A DNA stretch of 64,000 bases from positions 1,888,001 to 1,952,000 of the forward strand of contig OZ245365.1 in the NCBI GenBank assembly GCA_965226495.1. Direction: 5' to 3'. Numbering within the stretch: position 1 is the first letter of the stretch; each line of letters starts with the position of its first letter. A program made the translations under genes and the position numbers. The notes beneath the pieces were generated by a model. It made no database searches. It worked only from the letters and a program-made list of their open reading frames with translations, and was not told the DNA's origin. Source of the DNA: Candidatus Marinacidobacterales bacterium (GTDB lineage: Bacteria; Acidobacteriota; Vicinamibacteria; Marinacidobacterales; DATDRI01). Below, in pieces: positions 61,103 to 64,000 of this stretch.

Positions 61103-61309
61103 AGTGTCTTATCGCATACTGTATGCCGCCCGTCAATGAGTTTGCGGCCCCGGTCGCACGGTGGCACCGCCGACCGAATCTGGCGCCCTTCTTGCGTAAC
61201 TCCACTGAAACGCGAGAACTCCGTCCTTTTTCGAAAGTCCAACAGAAGCGAGTAGTGGGTTTTGTCGGCCATCCCTGTGGGGTTTCGGCCACGTACAGGA
61301 GCGCGAAAA

Positions 61310-62074
61310 ATGAACGAAAACGAAGTCCAACCCTCGGAAGACCTCCGATTCGACAAAGTAGACGGGAACGCCGACCAACTCGCGTGCGAGTTTTGTGAGA
61401 GCCAGATCCACGATGCTTACTTCGACGTGAACGGTCAGACGGCCTGTCAAAAATGCCGCTATACAGTCGAGGAGCAACGGAACAACCGTTCGTCTGCGGG
61501 CCGATTCCTTCGCGCTTTCTTCGCAGGAAGCGTGGCGGCAGTCGTAGGCGCCGGCATCTACTATGCGGTCTTGGCGCTTACAGGATATGAGTTCGGGCTC
61601 CTGGCGATCTTGGTGGGTTTCATGGTCGGCGTGGCCGTCAACTGGGGCTCTTACGCTCGCGGTGGTTGGGTGTATCAAGCACTCGCAGTGAGCCTTACGT
61701 ACGCGGCGATAGTGAGTACGTACGTTCCGTTCGTTTTCGAGGCATGGGAAGAAGAGGAGCCCGCGTTCGACGCGCAATCTGTCGATTCCATCGGCGCCGA
61801 GGGCGCCCAGGAGGAAGAAGTGATTTCCTTCAACACGCCCGCGGGAGCGCTCGAAGCCGAGGAAGGACCGCTGACGCCGGGTGATTTCTTCGTCGGGCTG
61901 GTTGCTTTCGTCTTTCTCGTGGCGGCGATACCTTTTCTTGCCGGTGTCGAGAACATCATCGGCCTTCTCATCATCGGATTCGGACTCTACGAGGCATGGA
62001 GGCTCAACCGCTATCGGGCTTTGATGATCGAGGGGCCGTTTAGGGTCGGGCAAGATCGAGCCAGCAGCCCCTAG
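61310..62074 (+). CDS. Membrane protein with N-terminal CxxC...CxxC zinc finger
   Basis: CEFC...CQKC, 4-5 TM segments; RBS AGGAG. Confidence 0.7.
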   Translation: MNENEVQPSEDLRFDKVDGNADQLACEFCESQIHDAYFDVNGQTACQKCRYTVEEQRNNRSSAGRFLRAFFAGSVAAVVGAGIYYAVLALTGYEFGLLAILVGFMVGVAVNWGSYARGGWVYQALAVSLTYAAIVSTYVPFVFEAWEEEEPAFDAQSVDSIGAEGAQEEEVISFNTPAGALEAEEGPLTPGDFFVGLVAFVFLVAAIPFLAGVENIIGLLIIGFGLYEAWRLNRYRALMIEGPFRVGQDRASSP

Positions 62075-62107
62075 CCTTCTGCGTTCAGCGACGGGGCGCT
62101 CAGCTGT

Positions 62108-62701
62108 TTACTTGGCAAGCGCGGTCTTGCGAAAGGCGAAGTACAGAGACTCCTCGCACATGTCAGCAACGTCTTTTTGAGACGCGAACGGCCACTCTAG
62201 CACCGCTCGACGTGCCAACTGCTCGGAAATATCCCGCTCGCGGATCTTGTCCGCGAGCATCTGAGATACATCGCCGCTGTCGCGAAGAGTTAATCCGCGT
62301 AATAGTCGAGTGCGCACGATGAGGACATCTTCGAGGTTCGCGCGCAAGTCCTGCCTCAAGGCGGAAGCCGCCCCGGCGGAGACCGCACCGTCGGGGAGCA
62401 ACCGCTCGATGCGATCTGCAAGCTCGGGCGCCACTCCCAAGATATAGAGCTCTTCCAACCTGTCGCCTTGTTCTCTCGTTACGACGGTTTGTCCTCGCTC
62501 GACGACCTCGATCAAGGAGTCGACCGAGAATGTCAACTGGTCGTAACGGGCTTGCGCCTTGGGTTGCATGAAGAGCACGTAATACAACACCAAGAATACG
62601 GCCAATCCGAATGTGCCGGTGAGCTGCATTGCCACCGACCAAGCTTCCGGCAATCCAAGAGTTCCGAGCCGGGGCTTGGTTGATTCGTCGTTGTTGTTCA
62701 T
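62108..62701 (-). CDS. Hypothetical single-TM protein
   Basis: GTFGLAVFLVLYYVL followed by a coiled-coil-like segment; RBS GGAGG. Confidence 0.6.
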   Translation of the reverse strand: MNNNDESTKPRLGTLGLPEAWSVAMQLTGTFGLAVFLVLYYVLFMQPKAQARYDQLTFSVDSLIEVVERGQTVVTREQGDRLEELYILGVAPELADRIERLLPDGAVSAGAASALRQDLRANLEDVLIVRTRLLRGLTLRDSGDVSQMLADKIRERDISEQLARRAVLEWPFASQKDVADMCEESLYFAFRKTALAK

Positions 62702-62889
62702 TGCACACCTCCGCAGGAACCCCTGACCGATCCCAGTGTAGCGCTCGGAGAGTCCTCGTGTCGGTGACCGGTGTCCTAATCCTCGGAGTTTAGAAATGAA
62801 ATGGAGGGGATTGCAGATTGCAACATGCGGGCTAGATCACTTCGCTCGGAACGAGAAGGGAGGAGAATCGGGGTGTCGGAGGAGACTTT

Positions 62890-63573
62890 ATGGCGCGGAA
62901 GTATCGGGTCAGAAACCGAGACACCCTTAGGAAGATAGCAGAGCGTTTCTACAGGGAGGCGGAGTGCTTCGAGAAGCTAGCGCTTTACAACGGCATCCTC
63001 GACCCGGACCGGATCGGGATTGGGCAATGGATCGAGATTCCGTCAAAGCGGGAGCTTTTGGGAGCGAGCCTGCCGCGCGGCGGCCGCCTGGTGCGTCCCC
63101 ATGGCCTGGAAGAAATATTATCCACCTTCGGCGACATCTATGACTTTATCCTAGACGATGGGACGCTGGACCCCAGATGGGAATCGGAGTACCTGGCGAG
63201 GACCCAACTGCCGTTCCCGATCCCACTGTCGTGGGAGCCGTCGACAGTCGTCCGCTCGCTCTATTGCCACTCGCGCCTAGCGGAACTGTTTGCTGAGGTC
63301 TTTTCCGTGCTCGATATCGAGGGGCTGAGGGGAGCCATTCGAACGTACGGAGGGTGCTTCAATTTCCGAAGCAAGCGGACGCACAGCAAGCTATCCTCTC
63401 ACTCCTGGGGCATCTCGATCGACCTAAACCCGGAGACGAACTGGCCGGGAGAAAAAGGAGATATGGACGAGGCAGTCGTCAACGTGTTTCGAAGCTTCGG
63501 TTTCGAATGGGGTGGCGACTGGTCCTATCGATCGAAAGACCCCATGCATTTTCAATTTTGTACGGGTTACTGA
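62890..63573 (+). CDS. LysM + M15-family peptidoglycan peptidase
   Basis: YRVRNRDTLRKIAERFY...NGILDPDRI LysM; SSHSWGISIDLN, WGGDW, DPMHFQ. Confidence 0.9.
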   Translation: MARKYRVRNRDTLRKIAERFYREAECFEKLALYNGILDPDRIGIGQWIEIPSKRELLGASLPRGGRLVRPHGLEEILSTFGDIYDFILDDGTLDPRWESEYLARTQLPFPIPLSWEPSTVVRSLYCHSRLAELFAEVFSVLDIEGLRGAIRTYGGCFNFRSKRTHSKLSSHSWGISIDLNPETNWPGEKGDMDEAVVNVFRSFGFEWGGDWSYRSKDPMHFQFCTGY

Positions 63574-63589
63574 GACGGGAGGGGTGTTG

Positions 63590-64000
63590 CTATTCGGAGG
63601 AGTCCTTTCCGTGCGACTCCTCCAAATAAGTGTAGCCTTCCAGACCTTCTTCATAGAAGCGGAGGAGGCGTCCCGATTCTTCGTAGCCTATCTTGCCTGC
63701 TCTCAGAGCGGCTTCCACGTCCCGGCGGAAGTCGGAAAGCAGGTTTTCGGCCGAGAACTGAACATATTTCAAGACCTCGCGAACGGTATCGCCTTTGATG
63801 ACTGTGTCGAGCATGACGTTACCGTCGTCGCCCAGGCTGACGTGGACTGCGTGCGTATCACCGAGAAGGTTGTGAAGGTCGCCGAGGATCTCCTGATACG
63901 CGCCGATGAGGAATGCACCAATGTAGTAGGGTGGCCTATCGAAAGGGTGGAGCGAGAGCGTCTGCTTCAGCTCCCTGCGATCGATGAAGCGATCCACCTT
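63590..64000 (-). CDS. speA: Biosynthetic arginine decarboxylase, 3' end (partial)
   Basis: FLIGAYQEILGDLHNLLGDT, GDTVREVL.YVQF, GLEGYTYLE. Confidence 0.92.
   Translation of the reverse strand, partial: KVDRFIDRRELKQTLSLHPFDRPPYYIGAFLIGAYQEILGDLHNLLGDTHAVHVSLGDDGNVMLDTVIKGDTVREVLKYVQFSAENLLSDFRRDVEAALRAGKIGYEESGRLLRFYEEGLEGYTYLEESHGKDSSE

Noticed and set aside
62890-63573. Prophage
   Set aside because: No capsid, terminase, portal or phage integrase genes anywhere in the window.

Overview
GC-rich bacterial accessory region. Gene content (CadC-wHTH/TolB-propeller sensors, DUF5916 barrel, VIT-VWA protein, sulfatase-like lipoprotein) suggests an Acidobacteriota-like organism; this is inference only. 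No rRNA, tRNA or CRISPR array was seen. Intact modules: XRE/IrrE-like regulator + ino1 + bifunctional IPCT/DIPPS (di-myo-inositol-phosphate-type pathway), mscS, M81 peptidase, lepB, VIT-VWA protein, macrodomain, DUF2330 + RnfD-like pair, a lexA-RHH-DUF72-imuA-imuB-dnaE2 mutagenesis cassette, a merR cassette, a DsrE/F/H-like trio, a LysM-M15 peptidase and the 3' end of speA. Mobile DNA is dense: two rve-type IS, an IS5(IS903), an IS30 interrupted by an IS1182/IS5-like element, ISCR/IS91 copies with three oriIS ends, an IS256 scar, a 36-bp inverted-repeat-bounded cassette and REP-like repeats. There are also several gene-fusion scars and short tandem duplications. Most notable signals: (1) the dnaE2 3' end (SRDFH motif) recurs downstream in diverged copies bracketing cargo, like an integration hotspot; (2) a duplicated divergent wHTH-sensor / secreted-output module with 11-bp-phased operator repeats; (3) a protease-dead XRE-IrrE gene coupled to a compatible-solute operon; (4) ISCR oriIS ends next to putatively captured genes. 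All calls come from motif recognition by eye; no database searches were run.
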